DNA of 64,000 nucleotides from Hydrolagus affinis. Its lineage: Eukaryota. The notes beneath the pieces were generated by a model. The model did not search any database, had not been told where the DNA came from, and worked only from the letters and a program-made list of their open reading frames with translations. How positions within the stretch are numbered: position 1 is the first letter of the stretch; each line of letters starts with the position of its first letter. Location: the NCBI GenBank assembly GCA_012026655.1, contig JAAILG010000184.1, forward strand, positions 62,001 to 126,000, in the 5' to 3' direction. Below, in pieces: positions 38,849 through 53,135 of the stretch. The position numbers and the translations under genes were made by a program.

Positions 38849-39040
38849 AACAACAACTAGCATTTACAGTGTCCTTCAGCTTGGGCGATCTTAAGGGTGA
38901 GGACCTTGAAAACGATTCGCTGGAGGATAGGGAACCAGACTGGGGAGTTTGATGCAGGTTTGATGCGGGCAGGAAAGGTTTGGTAAAAATTGGAGCTTAT
39001 GGATGGTGAGGCTGTGCAAGTCAACAAGGAGTACATTGGA
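38849..39040 (-). mobile_element. Decayed, internally deleted L2 fragment
   Basis: Minus strand reads WFPILQRIVFKVLTLK (L2 WLP..RI.FK motif) next to a (CAA)n-like tail. Confidence 0.6.
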
Positions 39041-39750
39041 AAAGACTAAACGAGAGATAACAAGGGCATGATTATATGTTTCAATGGCATTTGGTGTGAG
39101 ATAATCATAATCACTGCTCATCATGTATCCTTTATTTCAAAATCCCATTCTTTTTCTCCCCAGGCTCTGGTTTATTCAGCATTCTTTCTTACAATCACTA
39201 TTACCAGGCATAGAGAGAATGTGATGATTGAGGATCAGAAGATGTACACTGATACAGAGTTCAGCAATGTGCAGCTTCTGTTACAAAGCAGTCAGCTTTG
39301 CAGTAACTTAAGATGTGCTATGTCTCAAACCAAAGTATTTATCTGATTCAAATTGCCTTAACTGTGCACAGAGTAGAGCCAGCTGAAGCAGGCCTTATCT
39401 TGCGTATTATAGAGATAATGTGGTCGGAAGCAATCTACTTTTCTTGCATCTCAGTAAACTGCTTTTGTTTTTATCCATCATAACACTGCTTTCAAATCCG
39501 GCAACAAAAAATGGGTCAGGATCTGCCTACACTCAGGTTGTAGTTGTAGAGTTGCCTGAGGAGATATCTGTTACTCACGATTTGTGTGACCTGCTAGAAA
39601 ATCCATTTTGTATTGTTAACCCAGTTCTGCATAACCAGGTGATGTCAACAGGGCATTCTTCATTCTTGTTCTTTGTGTCACTTTTTGGTCACTTTGTCAT
39701 GGTAAAAATTGTGCTTCTGGGCTTGGATAACACATGTCATTCTTGGGTTA

Positions 39751-39808
39751 GTAAAGCGCTCAGGGACGTTACCCCATGTGAAGGTCACTATATAAATGTC
39801 GCTGTTGT
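39751..39808 (+). mobile_element. L2-type terminal fragment
   Basis: GTAAAGCGCTCAGGGACGTTACCCCATGTGAAGGTCACTATATAAATG..TGTTGT. Confidence 0.65.
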
Positions 39809-42800
39809 CATATGTATGTCGCTATTGTCATTTGATTATTTTCTTTGTATTAGTTTAATTCCCTATCTAATGCTGTTAATGGATTCCTTTTTGACTCGAT
39901 AAGTGCATCATTTAAAAATTCTGCCCAAATCAACGCTAATTCATGAAGGTTCAAACTCTACTTAATGGAGAAATGTGCTTGCTGAAGTGAAGAATGACAG
40001 CTTAAGGACATTTTCCAAATTATTGGTAGTCATACACTCCAGTAAAGCTCCCACCACACTACCTCAATGCTATACAGGTACGTGCCCACAGTCTACATAC
40101 TGATCGACCCTTTGCACCAGCAGCAAACATGAAATCCTGTGATTGTTTTTCTCTTTATCAATAGCAAGACCCCAAGAGAGCGATGGTCCTGGACTTCTGT
40201 CTCTGTGAAGGATAAGGAGAATTGCAGCCGAGAGTATTCATCTTTACCGTGATCGCAGTGCATATACACAGACTCCAAGGTTTGCAAACTTCAACTCTAG
40301 GTCATTTCAAATGCCTGTATTTTATTGCTTGGGAAATTGCTAAGACAAAGCACAGCCAATGGTTACCTTTTAGTGGGTCACAAAGGTTGAGTCACACTTA
40401 CCTCGGATACTGTGATTGGCACCAACTAAACAATCACAGTTGACCCGCTAAAGTACTGCTCCTTCCTGATCTGAACATTTTTAAACGACAAAACATATCC
40501 TTCTGCTGCCTAACTACCCCACAAATCAAAGTCAACAGGATTTTGAAATCAGCTGCTAGGATTCAGTGTCTGCCAACCTATTCCTTCTGCAGGCAGCCAT
40601 AAAGCACCCAGCAGGAGCAAGGTGCCTCGCTTATTAATTTTTTATTTGTAAAATGCTTCAGGGAGAAAATATAATTTAGTTATAATTAAAAAAAAATTCC
40701 AGTGAGTTTGATATCTATTAAAAAGTTCCTCCCGAGACTCTGGCCTTTGCAGGTTGATGCAGAGACATTAGAGAAAGTGTTACAGTCAGATTGAGCATTC
40801 AATATTTGGTGGAATTGGGAACCTCTTAGATGCTGGTAAGACCTTGCTATACCCAGGAGGGATAAGGTATTATTAGGTTAAATCACAGCATGGACACCAT
40901 TTAAAACAAAGGTTAACAGCAATGATTCAAAGGTATAATAATTAAATTCCCATCTATTTACCCAGTAGATTTTCCTCAGATCAATTGGGAGAAGGGTACA
41001 CAACGAGTCGCTCCTGAGGACTCACATATATAGTTTCCATACAGAATTAATTTACCCAGCAAAAAATATTAAATTAAACCTTGTGTTACCACCCTCAAAT
41101 GTAACCCCCATGCCCATTAGATAAAAATAGACCAAGGTCAAGTTGGCCCAAGCTCCAATTAAAACACCAACTGTTCATAAAGTTACGTCTCAATTGACAG
41201 AAAATGTACTTTCTCCTTCTACGTTTCTCAAAGGGTTTAAATTACACTGCACTTTTCCAAAGAAATCATCCATGCAAATAGTTTGTTTATTCTTGGGCAA
41301 AAAATAATTAAAGGCAGCAAAAAGCCATTCTCACCAGACATGAAATGAGAGGTTTGGCAGAAGGCTGGGTTTTGGCCAAATTTCTATCGGCCTGACTTCT
41401 TCACCCCATGTTTATTGGAGCAGGAATATTTTGATTACATGGCACAGCCTTTAAAGATTGTCTTTGCACCCCCATGTGCTTGTGAAATGTATTGATTTGA
41501 CAGATGACTTGAATGTAAGTGTGAGGTGGTGCAATCCAAACCAGACGTTATATTCTTCGTTAACTGGTGGTTGGAAATGCACTAGAAAAAAGGTGCAACA
41601 TGCAACAAATGATTCCAAAAAAGCTATCAACAACTGTACCTCAGGCTATACAGCCGAAATGCAACACATACATAGTCTTCAGAAGATATTATTGTTTTGA
41701 CCATATTTCCAGTCAGGGTCTCTTGAAATGAATATAGAACAGATGATACGCATTTATTTAATATTTCCTTTGGTCAATTGTATGCTGCACAGCAAAATAA
41801 AGGTTTCAATATCAACGTCAACCCCAAACAAATATTTTGTGGCAAATGATAGAGTATTTGTACTAAATGGGTATTACTATTATTAAATTGTATCTTAAAT
41901 TAAACACTGATGTTTCGCTTTTAACTCTGCTGACTGACTTTCTGGAGGATATATGTCTAGAGAAGAAACATTCTTTTGGTGTCTCTCACAATGTTTTGAT
42001 CTCCTCATTTTTCTGAACACTATCGGGTTCTGGGTTCCAGAAAGATACTTTGTTCACCTTCGAGAGTATAATGACCTGCCAATAATTCTTTCTAAGTATA
42101 TCTAAGTGAACAAAAATCGCCTAGGGAGACATGAGACTTAATGTAGAGTGTCTGATGGACTGTTATCACAATATGAATTTTAAAAAGGAGCAAGTTATGT
42201 TGAAATTACAGTACATAAAAACAAGAACATTTATAATTGCCTGAAAGGTCAAGTGGCATTGCTTCCAGCAGTCAAAGCAGGAGTTGAGAATTAGTGCAAT
42301 TAAGTTTTGATCTTATTTCTATTTCCCAGCAGAAATCTTCTGATTTTGTGGTAGATGGTTCAGCTCAGTTGGATGGAATTATTTCTCGAAACTTGTGGAA
42401 ATCCAGGCAACAGGACCCTTCAGCTAACAATTAGTCTGTCTCTTCACATAGTCGGAGAATTTGCCAAGATAACTCTTGTCAAGATAAGGTTATACACATG
42501 GGAATAGTTGATGTGAGAAGAACAGTGTTAGAATGCAAATTTTCCAAACTAATTTTTATATTTTCTTTTTAAGAAATATCAGTGTTTCTGTCACAAAATT
42601 CTAAATACTCATCTCACTGTCCATATCTAGTATGGAATATCCACAACTACAATCAAGTTTAAAATCCGGTATTTTCTAGGTAAGGTGGAGGAATGCTATT
42701 AAATATTTTATCTGTAATGAAAATAATCATGTTATTCCTTTGCATATCATTTAATGGGCACTGTTTGTACAAAGACATTGCTTAGATAAAAAGTGATTAA

Positions 42801-43769
42801 GCATGAATTCGGTATCCCGGATTCTTTCACTACTCTGTGAATGATTTAAGATGTTGGCTTAGAATTGGTAAACATGATTTTCATATTTCAAGTAAGAGCC
42901 TTTTGAAGTAAATATAGATCAGATGGTAAACATTTATTTAATATTTCTTTTGGTCTGTTCATTGCTGCTCCCAGGCAAGCTAAAACAGATTGTGGGTTAA
43001 GTGTTATGTTAATAACATTTTCAAACTTTCCATTCCATTTCCATATTAAAATTATTCATCTGAAAAGTAACATTTTAGGAAGAAAAAAATATTCCATAAC
43101 TGTAAGGAAATCCAATCCATTAATACAGTATTAGTACAATACTTTGTGGGGGTTTTCATCAATCCAAATACAGTATATCTATTTATTTGTTGATATATAT
43201 TTACAATGTCTCCAACAGTATCAAACCCGTTAAAGAAAGGAGAGACCCCCACATGCTACTGTCCCGTTATTTTATACGACTCATTTTGCCTAACTCCCCG
43301 ATGCCCTCCACCCACCCACCCCGCTCCATTTTATGGGTGAGGCAGACAGACAGAAATATATGGGACGCTCTTTGTTTACATCTCAAACGTCACAATACTT
43401 TATATACTTTGGGAGAACTTCCCCGCCCTCAAAAAAAAGCTTGAGTAAGCCTTTGTGCTTTATCTAAAAATCTCTGTGGGTCCTTCCGTTTACATACTTA
43501 ACTCACATGCATTTATCCTGTCCTCATCAGCCTTATGGTTACCATTAGTCATGCACTAAGTAAAACTGAATGGAAAGGGAAAAACATGATTATTTTAATG
43601 GTGAGATCTTTTGGGGAAAAGGGAGCACTTATTTCTTTGTGGACTATCTTATTTGTACTCCATTCTATGTCTTTTGTTGGAGTAGCAATGCAAATAAAGG
43701 AAGAAACCAAGCATGTAATTAGAGCACGGCCACTTCTGGTCACAAGGCAATAACAATGGTTTAGGTGAA

Positions 43770-43990
43770 TACATCCAGTTGATCCATTTCAGCTTGTCCA
43801 TCCAGAACACCTTTCTTACAGTCCTCCATTACACAACTAAACTTATATGAGTCCAGCATCCTGGACCCAAACATCCTTTCTGGTAACCCATTCCAGCTGC
43901 AAACTGTTGTAGGCATGAAAAAATAATTCCTTGTACCCTGACAATAGTCAATTGTCACTAGTTGTGTGACTTTGCAAATCTGCTTCCAGT
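43770..43990 (-). mobile_element. Decayed CR1 3' fragment
   Basis: ORF-track peptide TRNYFFMPTTVCSWNGLPERM matches the CR1 ORF2 C-terminus. Confidence 0.65.
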
Positions 43991-44209
43991 GTTCTGGTGT
44001 ATAATGTTGCATGATATATAAATATAAATTGTTGTTTGTTGTTTTTTACTGAACACTGCATTTTTAGCTATATCTCTGCAGTGTAAGTTGAACGTATCCC
44101 AATTCTCCTCCCTCTAAGGAACGTTATTTGCTGATTTCTATACTTTTATGCAAGAAATTCTATGGCCAAATGTTCACCTTCCAATGACATATAGACCAAG
44201 ATTTTTTTT

Positions 44210-44416
44210 ATCCTTGCATTTGATATCGCATCTTATTGACGTCCCAAAGCGCTTCACAGAATATACTGTAAAGTGAATTGATTGTATATTTGTGGGCGAA
44301 TCGTGGCAGCCAATTGCGCACAGCAGTGTCCCACAAACAGTCGTGGATTGAAATAACCAAGGAAACTTGCCCAAGGTTTCGCCCTGACCTGCCTGGATTC
44401 GAACACAGGTCTCCCC
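44210..44416 (-). mobile_element. Young SINE with an internal deletion and missing A-box
   Basis: Reverse complement of tail, Deu core and B-box GGATTCGAAC; the A-rich linker is deleted at about 44356. Confidence 0.9.
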
Positions 44417-47400
44417 ATGATATTGCAAAGATACAATAAAATGTTACATGAGGTTAAAATCTCCTGAATTGTGGTGATGTCAGGGGTGCTGTAGGGGCAT
44501 GTAAGAAAACAACAAGCTGAGCTTTGGTTCCAAAGTGAAGCAAAGAGTTTCTTTGGGGCCAATCATAATTTAATGTTGGCTCCAAAGTTTTGTTTTCCAG
44601 TGGCTTCTCTAGTCTTTCAAAACAATCACAAGAGCTGAGAATTGCTGTCTCGGTAGAAAAGGTTGTCATGGTGATTCTGTTCAAGCCCACAAAATATCTT
44701 TTGTTGTCAAATAATTTTGAAATGGAAGAGATGCTTGTCCCTGGGAGCAGTGCTGTACAGATTCAGTTAATTCAACCACCTACTGATTGGCTTTTGGAAC
44801 AAGCGTAATTTTAGTTGCAGCCAAATTTGTCTGAGAGGCTCCTGCATGTCGCAGAAAGCATGATTGAAATAGATTAGGAAGTCTTAACAACCCAACAGAA
44901 AGAACATGGAGGGGATCTTAAAAATGTTTCCATAAATTAAAAAAAGAGAATTTTCCTAGCCTCTGCAACACTATATGTTAGCAACTCACCACACATTACT
45001 CTGAGATAATATCTCCTACAGTAGTCCTCAGCGCCTATTTGAAGCTAATGTTATTTTTCACTAAATTTTTCACTAAATGATCCAATCAGTACCGTACTTT
45101 GAAACAAGTTGGGCTTTCTTTGATCTAGAATCTTATGTTTAGATCTACTAGAAGTTTTGCACTTTATCTGGGAGGTCCATCACAGGCCAATCTCTTTTTT
45201 TTTAAAAAAATGCTACAGGGTTGTTAACTTTTTAAGAATAGAAAATCGTATTATAGGCAAGTAACAAAAAGCTCACTTTTTTTTTAGTAACTTGTGATCA
45301 GCTGTATTGGATGGATGAGGACCAGATTAAAATGATACATTGCATGAAGATTTGAAGCAGTAGAGGTGAACTGCAGAAATGCCAACAGTGACTGAAAAAT
45401 ACATTCTTACAAAGAGAAAATTCAGCTGCTTCCCAATAACTTGTACAAAAGGTAGCCAAGTTTTGATTGACAGCTCAGAGGATAACTTTTTTTTATTATT
45501 GAAATAATGTAGATTTGTACCAGTATCTTGACTCTGTAGAGAAAATGCTATAAAGTACAGTCCTGTCAAAGCCTTAATTTATTCTTGCCCTTTCCATTCA
45601 CTCTGCCTGAAATCATTTCCCAATTTGGGGCTGTGATATGTGTCATTTAGCAGCCTGTGCCGTGACAGTTAAATAATTCCACTTAATTACAAAAGGTTTT
45701 GTTTGATCAAAGAAAAAGCCTCCAGTAATTTTTTTTTAAAAAGTAGCAAGACAGGACATTGAATTGAATAGAGAAGTAGTTTGTACTTACACATTCTTGA
45801 AATATTTTCCTGGAGCTCGATGACACTTTAGATTGGGGTACATTTTGCTAACTTTATTTTTTCAACAATGTCGTTTAGATTTCCCAAACATATTAAAAAT
45901 TCGATTTCAATCAAACTTTATCTTTAAAATAGCCACATTTGATTTCCCTTGAGTAATTCTTCATTCTGACTCCAATGTAATCTGCATTTACGAGGTTGAG
46001 TATAGCAGTGTGTGTGTGCATGTGTGTGTGTGAGATCAGTTGGTGGAATTTAATAATTTGAAGTGAATGAGAAAAAGAAATCATCAGTAAAGAAGGGGTG
46101 AGTGAATGACTTACAATATTACATTTATATATGAAATGCCCTTATGCAGTAGTACATATGTCAAGATTAACTTTTCACTCCATAGTTCTAATCTGTCACC
46201 TGGAAAGTTCTGTGGGCGAATTGTTAAAATGAAAACTTTCAATATTTTCTCAAATAAGATTTTTATAAAATTAGACTGTTTGAAAGGCACAATCAGTTCA
46301 GATGGAATTGGAAAATGCTTTCTTCAGTTATCAAAATGTTTAGCCAGTACTGTATTATCAATCTTTAATTTAATTATGCATTGCTGAGCAGAGCTATGCA
46401 GCTTGAGAGACATCTGCAGTGGTAGGATGGTTGCCAGTATTTTAAATCATCTATTCAGTGGAGGTTAGGCTGTTGTTAAACTCACTACTGTGCCATCATT
46501 ATAATAATTTGTAGCAACATTATCATCATAATAGTTACTGCTTCTTATACACAAAATAAGACTTAATGGAATAAGGGATCATTATTGTTTTAACATTGTA
46601 GGCTAGTTGGAATAAGGACCACTTATTTTTAAGTGCCAGTTTTGGGGAGATTTTATTCCAAATGTTTGAGTGATACCATCTTGAACTCTAAAACAAAACG
46701 TGTTTTAGTGAATAAATTTATCACCATTATCATCTCAAATTAGATCATTTTATTTCCTCCATTTCTTCAAACTTGTGTGGTGAGAGTAAACAGAATAGTC
46801 CCTTGTGATCTGCATTTTTGTATTTGTGTCACTCCGCTTTCTGGGGTACAGGAAAGTAACTAAATTTAATTCTTCACACAAAGTTACTTAGACCCAAACA
46901 ATATTTTAACTTTTTTGAAACCATCCACATTTGATTTCCCTCGTGTCCTATTTCCTTTAAACTTCTGACATAATCTTCAACTGTGAAGTACAGTGTGGCT
47001 ACCTATCCACAACTGAGGGATTAAATTTGATGTGTTTGAGAAAACATATTCACTCATAAAGTGAAGCAGTTTGATTATTACTCAGAATTCGTCAGCCAAA
47101 AGAAAGTGACAATAACAGGGCTTCACTTTTAATATGACAAGTAATCCTTTGGGTGGCATTTTGGCATTTTCCTTACTTTAATAATGGATGTTCTTTCTCT
47201 CATTGCTTGGAGCTGCTGTTTTGTAAATATTTGGATGACCTTGCCAATTTAAAGCGATCCCAGATTCTGAGAGAGTTGGAATGCTTAAACGGAGAAAGTT
47301 GAAGCATAAATGCACATCCATCTCTAGGTGTACTGAAAATGCCACCGAAAAATTGTCAACTGATGAAAAGTTATGAACCTTGATCAGTGGGATTGTTTTA

Positions 47401-48114
47401 ATAATGTCATTTGCATACATCATTAAAAATCTATGTGCATCTTAAAATCATTAGCATGTCGGCTGCTCCTTTAAGAATGCTCACAAATCAGTTCTCTTTC
47501 AGTTTACCATGCCTGATGCACAGTTGATTTAAAGTTCTGATGCCCAGCATATACTCTAGTTGATTTAAAGTGACTAACGAACTGCAACAGAAGGAGATCG
47601 ATATATATACACACACATATATATAAATATATCTAAGCCATAAAGCTGCAGGGACAGATGGATTTTAATGCAGATACTGTACTTGTACAGTATATGTAAA
47701 ACTAATGATAGGCCAGCAGAATATATTAAACAAGCTCATAATGAATAATATTAAAGATTGCACACAGAAAAGGATTTGGGATGTGATTATTGACCATTGA
47801 CTAAAAGACAATTTAAAATTGCTATCAACAAGGTCAACCATATACTGAAAACATATAGAGATATTGTAAATACAATGTGGATCATTGTTGAGACAACATT
47901 TGGTAGACAAGCTGGAGATTTTTCAGGGAAGAGTGAACATGTTGATTCCATAATTCAGCACTCTGAGATATGAAGTGAGATTCACAGACCCCAATTTATT
48001 TCCTGCAAAGAAAAGAAACCATAAAGTTGCATATATATGTGTATAAAAATGCAGAGATGAATGGATAAAGTAGGCACAAGCAAGTTATTTAGCTTGGGTT
48101 GTGACTCAGAGCTG

Positions 48115-48290
48115 TGTGTAAACTCAAAGTGGCTCAAGCAAAGCAAAATTTGAGATTAGAAGGATTTTGTTTCACCCCAGAGAGTAGTAAGTCAGCGGAA
48201 AGACTTTCAGCTAAAGCGGTTAATACTGTATTGATTAATATTTTTTGAAAATCTGACATGAATTTTCAGAGGAGAATTGAAAGTTGTATA
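48115..48290 (+). mobile_element. Decayed CR1 3' fragment
   Basis: TGAGATTAGAAGG..TTTCACCCCAGAGAGTAGTAAG resembles CR1 ..R..FFTQRVV coding sequence. Confidence 0.5.
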
Positions 48291-48666
48291 AGGATATGTG
48301 CAGATAGAAATACTATGCATATAAATGATTGCAGCTAGACTAGGGAAATGTTATGTCAAGGAAGTCACCCTATCAAGGATGACCAACAACATAAAATCAG
48401 AGAGATCTAATGGATTTTTTTTCCGGTTTTACATTTTGAGGGGTGGTTGAAGGCAGAAAAGTTGTAAAACATTTCCCCGGGAGATCAAATAAGTTAGGTA
48501 GTGTCAATATAACTAATTTGTAGGTGTTCACCAACACAAATACACAGGCATTGTAATTTACAGTAAGCTGTAAAATACTTTGAGGTGTCCACCCAATGTA
48601 AAAAGCATGACAGCAAATGCAAGAAATATAATTATAATAGAGAGAATGGTACAATCTTGCTTACAA

Positions 48667-48764
48667 CAATTCACTCTACAGTATATTCTGTGAAGCACTT
48701 TGAGACATCCAGAAGACGTGAAAAGCAAAGCGCTATATCAAATGCAAGGATTATTAGTATTATT
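48667..48764 (+). mobile_element. Young SINE tail fragment
   Basis: CAATTCACTCTACAGTATATTCTGTGAAGCACTTTGAGAC...GCGCTATATCAAATGCAAGGATTATT. Confidence 0.88.
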
Positions 48765-48809
48765 CTTGTTATTATATACTCTCTACATTATAATAGAGAC
48801 AATGTAAGA

Positions 48810-48868
48810 AAGAAGCTTGGTCAAAGGGCCTGGATGTCCTTTTTCATGTGTTAGTTTCTTATGTTCTA
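48810..48868 (+). mobile_element. CR1-type terminal fragment
   Basis: GGGCCTGGATGTCCTTTT...TTTCTTATGTTCTA resembles the tail at 53505-53572. Confidence 0.45.
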
Positions 48869-48902
48869 TATATAAAACGATTGGTGGATCGCTTTTCCAG
48901 GG

Positions 48903-49011
48903 ATAATAATCCCTTTAAAAAAATGTGATCACTCAATCCACGACTGTGTGTGGGACACTGCTGTGTGCAATTGGCTGCTGCGTTTCACCCACAAAATAAA
49001 CAATCAATTCA
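48903..49011 (+). mobile_element. Young SINE middle fragment (Deu core)
   Basis: ATAATAATCCC..CAATCCACGACTGTGTGTGGGACACTGCTGTGTGCAATTGGCTGC..CAATCAATTCA. Confidence 0.88.
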
Positions 49012-49258
49012 GAATGCATCAGACCCAAATCATTTCACCAACCGAGGGGGAACCTTGTTAAAGGAAGAACAGACAACAAAATTTTAGAAAATGTTGCCCA
49101 AACTAGAGGAGGACTTGAAGGTTGATCCTTGGGAGCAAGCAAATGCCTTCCAGTTTCAAGTCAATGGACAGCATTGTACAGTTTATGTGGAAGAACAATG
49201 GGAATTACATAGAATGGAGAAAGAACAAGAGAAACAGGATTAGCAAGAATAAAAATAA

Positions 49259-49577
49259 AATAATAATCCTTGCATTTGATGTGGCGCTTTTCAGTCTTCT
49301 GGACGTCTCAAAGCACTTCACAGAATATACTGTAAAGTGAATTGACTGTATATTTGTGGGTGAAACGCAATGGCCAACCGCGCACAGCAGTGTCTCACAA
49401 ACAGTTGTGGATTGAAAATTACCAATTTATTATAGGGTTATTTTTTGGACAGATTATTATTAGGCGTGTGGAGTAAGGAAACTTGCCCAAGGTTTCGTCC
49501 TGATCTGCCTGGATTCAAAACACAGATCTCACACTTTTAATGCGAGTTCTCTAACCACTGAGCTACAGGGCTCCACA
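49259..49577 (-). mobile_element. Full-length young tRNA-Deu-L2 SINE
   Basis: Reverse complement starts TGTGGAGCCCTGTAGCTCAGTGGTTAGAG and runs through to the (ATT)n tail. Confidence 0.95.
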
Positions 49578-52500
49578 AACTAAAGAAAAACAAGCAGATG
49601 AAGGAGATTTTGTATGGCAGTTCTTCCAAAACTTGAAGTAAAGGTAGATTTAATGGACCTAAGACTCCGGGGATAGTCTGAAATCCACAGCAAATCGATT
49701 TCTAGTGACACCCCCAACAGTGCCCTTCACTCCCCTACATACCTATATCACCTGATTCTACCCTCTTTTGTTCTAGTCTGACCAAACCACATAAAAACAT
49801 ACTGAGAACCAGGCAGCATCTTGCTTCCAGACATCTACGGTTAAATTCTTATTAACTTAGAGCACTGTTATACACTAAAAAGCACTGTCAGCTGATGTAG
49901 ATTTTATTACATGAAAACATGAAATTGTTGCCCATACTAAAAACGAGTTACTCCCCAAAATGTAACCAGCTTTGCTCAGCTTCAGGAAGTCCAAGTCTTC
50001 AAGACCTACCTACTTGGTAAACAAACGTTGGAAGCCTGATGGCATGGGGCAGCATCAATCAAATCAAAATGTTGTTCCCATTTTGATGGCTACCATAAAA
50101 CATATCTTAATGCAATATTTCACAAGTGATATTTTTATCACTGGGGAGGTGGGTAGAAAGAGTATAACAATTCCAGTGATGACATTCTGAACAGGCTTGA
50201 GTGCTCATTAATATTTTGAAAGAATATTTCCCCTTTCACAATCATGGAAAACATGCATTCAAAAGATAATCAAAAGAACATAACGTATAATAAACCCTAT
50301 TGTATGCATTAGCTAAACATCCATCGATCAGGCAAATGTGATAAGGTATGTGTTCAAGTGAGTCAGTTGCTTAAAATTGGATTGTTTGTAGAGCAAGATC
50401 AAAAATCAGTAGAAAAATGTAATTAAAATCCTGTTAATCCAGTGGTTTCAATCCTCTTTGTTTGAGTATACAGATGTAATTTTGTTGTTGTGATCACACA
50501 AGGCCTCCGTGAGTCATAATAAGACTAATATAATACTGTTATAATATAGTAAGTTATAATAATAAGTAATAATTATTATTATTATAAGAATACCTAAACG
50601 TTAGTGAGGTTTCCTGCTGTCTAATGCAATGCCTCTAAATTTTATAATCCCTCAGTAGCACAGATTGAGTGTTCTCCCGGTATGTGAATTATCTCACAGT
50701 ATTCCATGTAGACATTGATCTTTTTAAGATTAGATACAGTGTTTCTACAACATATTCTCATATCACCTGTTAAATACACAGTCACTGCACTTTGCAGTAA
50801 ATCCTAGGAATGAGACATTCTCCCAACTTCATTGGTATTACATCAAATGCAAGGATGTTGGTTATTTATTATTACAATATATAGAATTTTAATTTCATCA
50901 GAAGTAAGAAAGTTCATCCAGGCTTTGAAGTTGTTCATATCGACCCACTTTCAAAGAAACATAGAAACTCCAGCCTAGAATTTGTCCATAGTGTACCTGA
51001 AAGTATTACCTCCAACACTTACATCTATATCTAGTTATCTAATAGCCATTTCCTGCTTTTGCACCTTAGCTTTTCATTACTCTGCAAATATCGCCTTCTA
51101 GGCACATCAGGGTGGAGCCTCCACAAGTTTATGCGATTCACATCTGTTTACCAATTCAATATTTACAACTCATTTCCAAATACCACATTTTCAAACCCAG
51201 TTATTCTTGGTCCCTAAATCTAGGAATGCCTGAATCCAAACATTGTGGAAACACTTGTATCAGCCAAATACAGCAGGAGATAACTAGACTTATGTTATGG
51301 AAAATGTGACTTTATATGACTTCTGTTTACAAATGATAAAAACTTTATCGTGTTTTTCAAGCGGGAAGAATGTTCTTGTGTTAGAGAAAAACATTTACTA
51401 GCTTGAGGAGAAGAAACATTTTTGGATTTGAAATCTATTTCCTCTAGGTTTTCATTTTGCTGTGCGATGTAGATATGGCGAATTAAACATTACATTTTCC
51501 AGTTGAGAAAAATATTAAGTGGATAAAATAGGGTATTTTTTTCCATAATCTGATGGAGTTTTGCACAGAAGCTGAAATGCAGTTTACACTGCCATCGGTT
51601 TTAGTGTGAACTGGACAGAAACCAAGGAACATTGGTTTTAGTTTGTTCCTGTTTACCCCAGTTTAGGAACAGTTTACAATGATTAGATTTTGCATTGGAG
51701 ATACTTTTATAGGCCATGCCAGAACTGCTGTCATTTATCAATGCTATTGACAACTCCATTACAGACTGAATCTGAATTAACTGTTGGTTGGACATTGGCA
51801 ACATGATCCAATTCCCTGTTAACACACAAAAACCTGCAGGTAGGTTTGATTGGAAGGTGACGGGAGTCAATTGCTGCTGACAGTTTAGGAAAATGGGATT
51901 GATGTAGGATCAAGAAACTTCTATTTCCATGGAGAGAAAAAAAAGTGTTGTAGGAGTGAACAGCCAGGTCGGTGCTGTTGTAGAGAAGGTGCTATGGCTT
52001 TTGACTGTAACACCTGAGAGACTGTGGCACAACAATGGTGTGAGTACCTCAGTGAGTCTTGTCTGTCACTGTTGCTGGTGTTTACCTCCTGCCTGATTCT
52101 TAAACCAAATCTGTCTTGATTCCCATTCAGTATCTATCTGGCTCAGCAGATCGGGCTGCATGGCTACAGCATTCTGGTGAAGATCCTAAATTGTATTGTA
52201 GATCATTAGACTACAATTACCCAAGATGCATGAGAAATAGTTGCCAATCATTGTCAGATATATAAAACCCCAGAACAATGAGGAACCTGATACACAATGG
52301 TAATTATCCTCTATCTATTGTGATGCATTCAAGAGCACATTGAGCAAGGAATTGAACAGTTTCAGGTTCTCCACTTCAGACCCATTTTTTAGGGTCATGT
52401 GGGGATTGTACAATTTTTCAGATATTTTCTGCATGGAATGATGCAATCCTTTCAGGAAAATGCTGTTCCTTAAATGCGTATTATCACACAGGATGAAGCA

Positions 52501-52593
52501 GCACACATCATATCAACTATTGAATAGCTTAAGATGTAAACTGCTCAGTTTGCAAATAACTGCAGTATAACATTTCCAAAGCAGCAGGGAATC

Positions 52594-52936
52594 TACACTG
52601 CAGTCAATTAATTTGTGTGGTCTGCCTTAGAATAGAAGATACAGCCAAAATATTATATATTTACATGATCTCAAATGTACAAATGCCGGGTATTTTGCTG
52701 TTGTAGATGTTTTGTGTCAGAAGACAGCTTATTTGGATGCAAAATTATCAAAATATTCCACAATTTGAGTCAATGCGTGGGATGAAAATCTGGGCCAATG
52801 AGAGGTTTAATACAACCAGATGTTTGTGAAAGATTCCAAATTAATTTAGTTCTTCGGCTCACCCACAGACAGACAGACAAAATAGTTCTAACACTCCTAA
52901 TGATAATATTTATATTGCTGCCTTTGGCCATACTTT
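52594..52936 (+). repeat. 343-bp direct duplication, copy 1
   Basis: Aligns without indels to 53136-53478 with 8 substitutions (manual comparison). Confidence 0.97.
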
Positions 52937-53135
52937 AAAAAAAAACTATCTTGAGATATTAATTTGCATCCCTGAAGGCGGCAAAAACTATTTCCTCGGC
53001 CTCACAGTGCTCCCGTCAAAGTCAGAACTTCTGCTAGTTGGAGTGCTGCTGGATATGGTTTCTTTCCTCGCCCTGAGTGTAACACACAGGGATGGGAAAC
53101 AATGGCAAAATGCATTGATTTTCGTAGCCTTAACT

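Noticed and set aside
39420-39902. Longest ORF in the track (160 aa)
   Set aside because: No recognisable domain, it runs through an L2 tail fragment, and its composition fits AT-rich non-coding DNA.
40407-40440. 10-bp inverted repeat ACTGTGATTG/CAATCACAGT beside a strong minus-strand donor-like site
   Set aside because: Stem too short for a pre-miRNA and expected occasionally by chance; the adjacent segment has stops in all frames.
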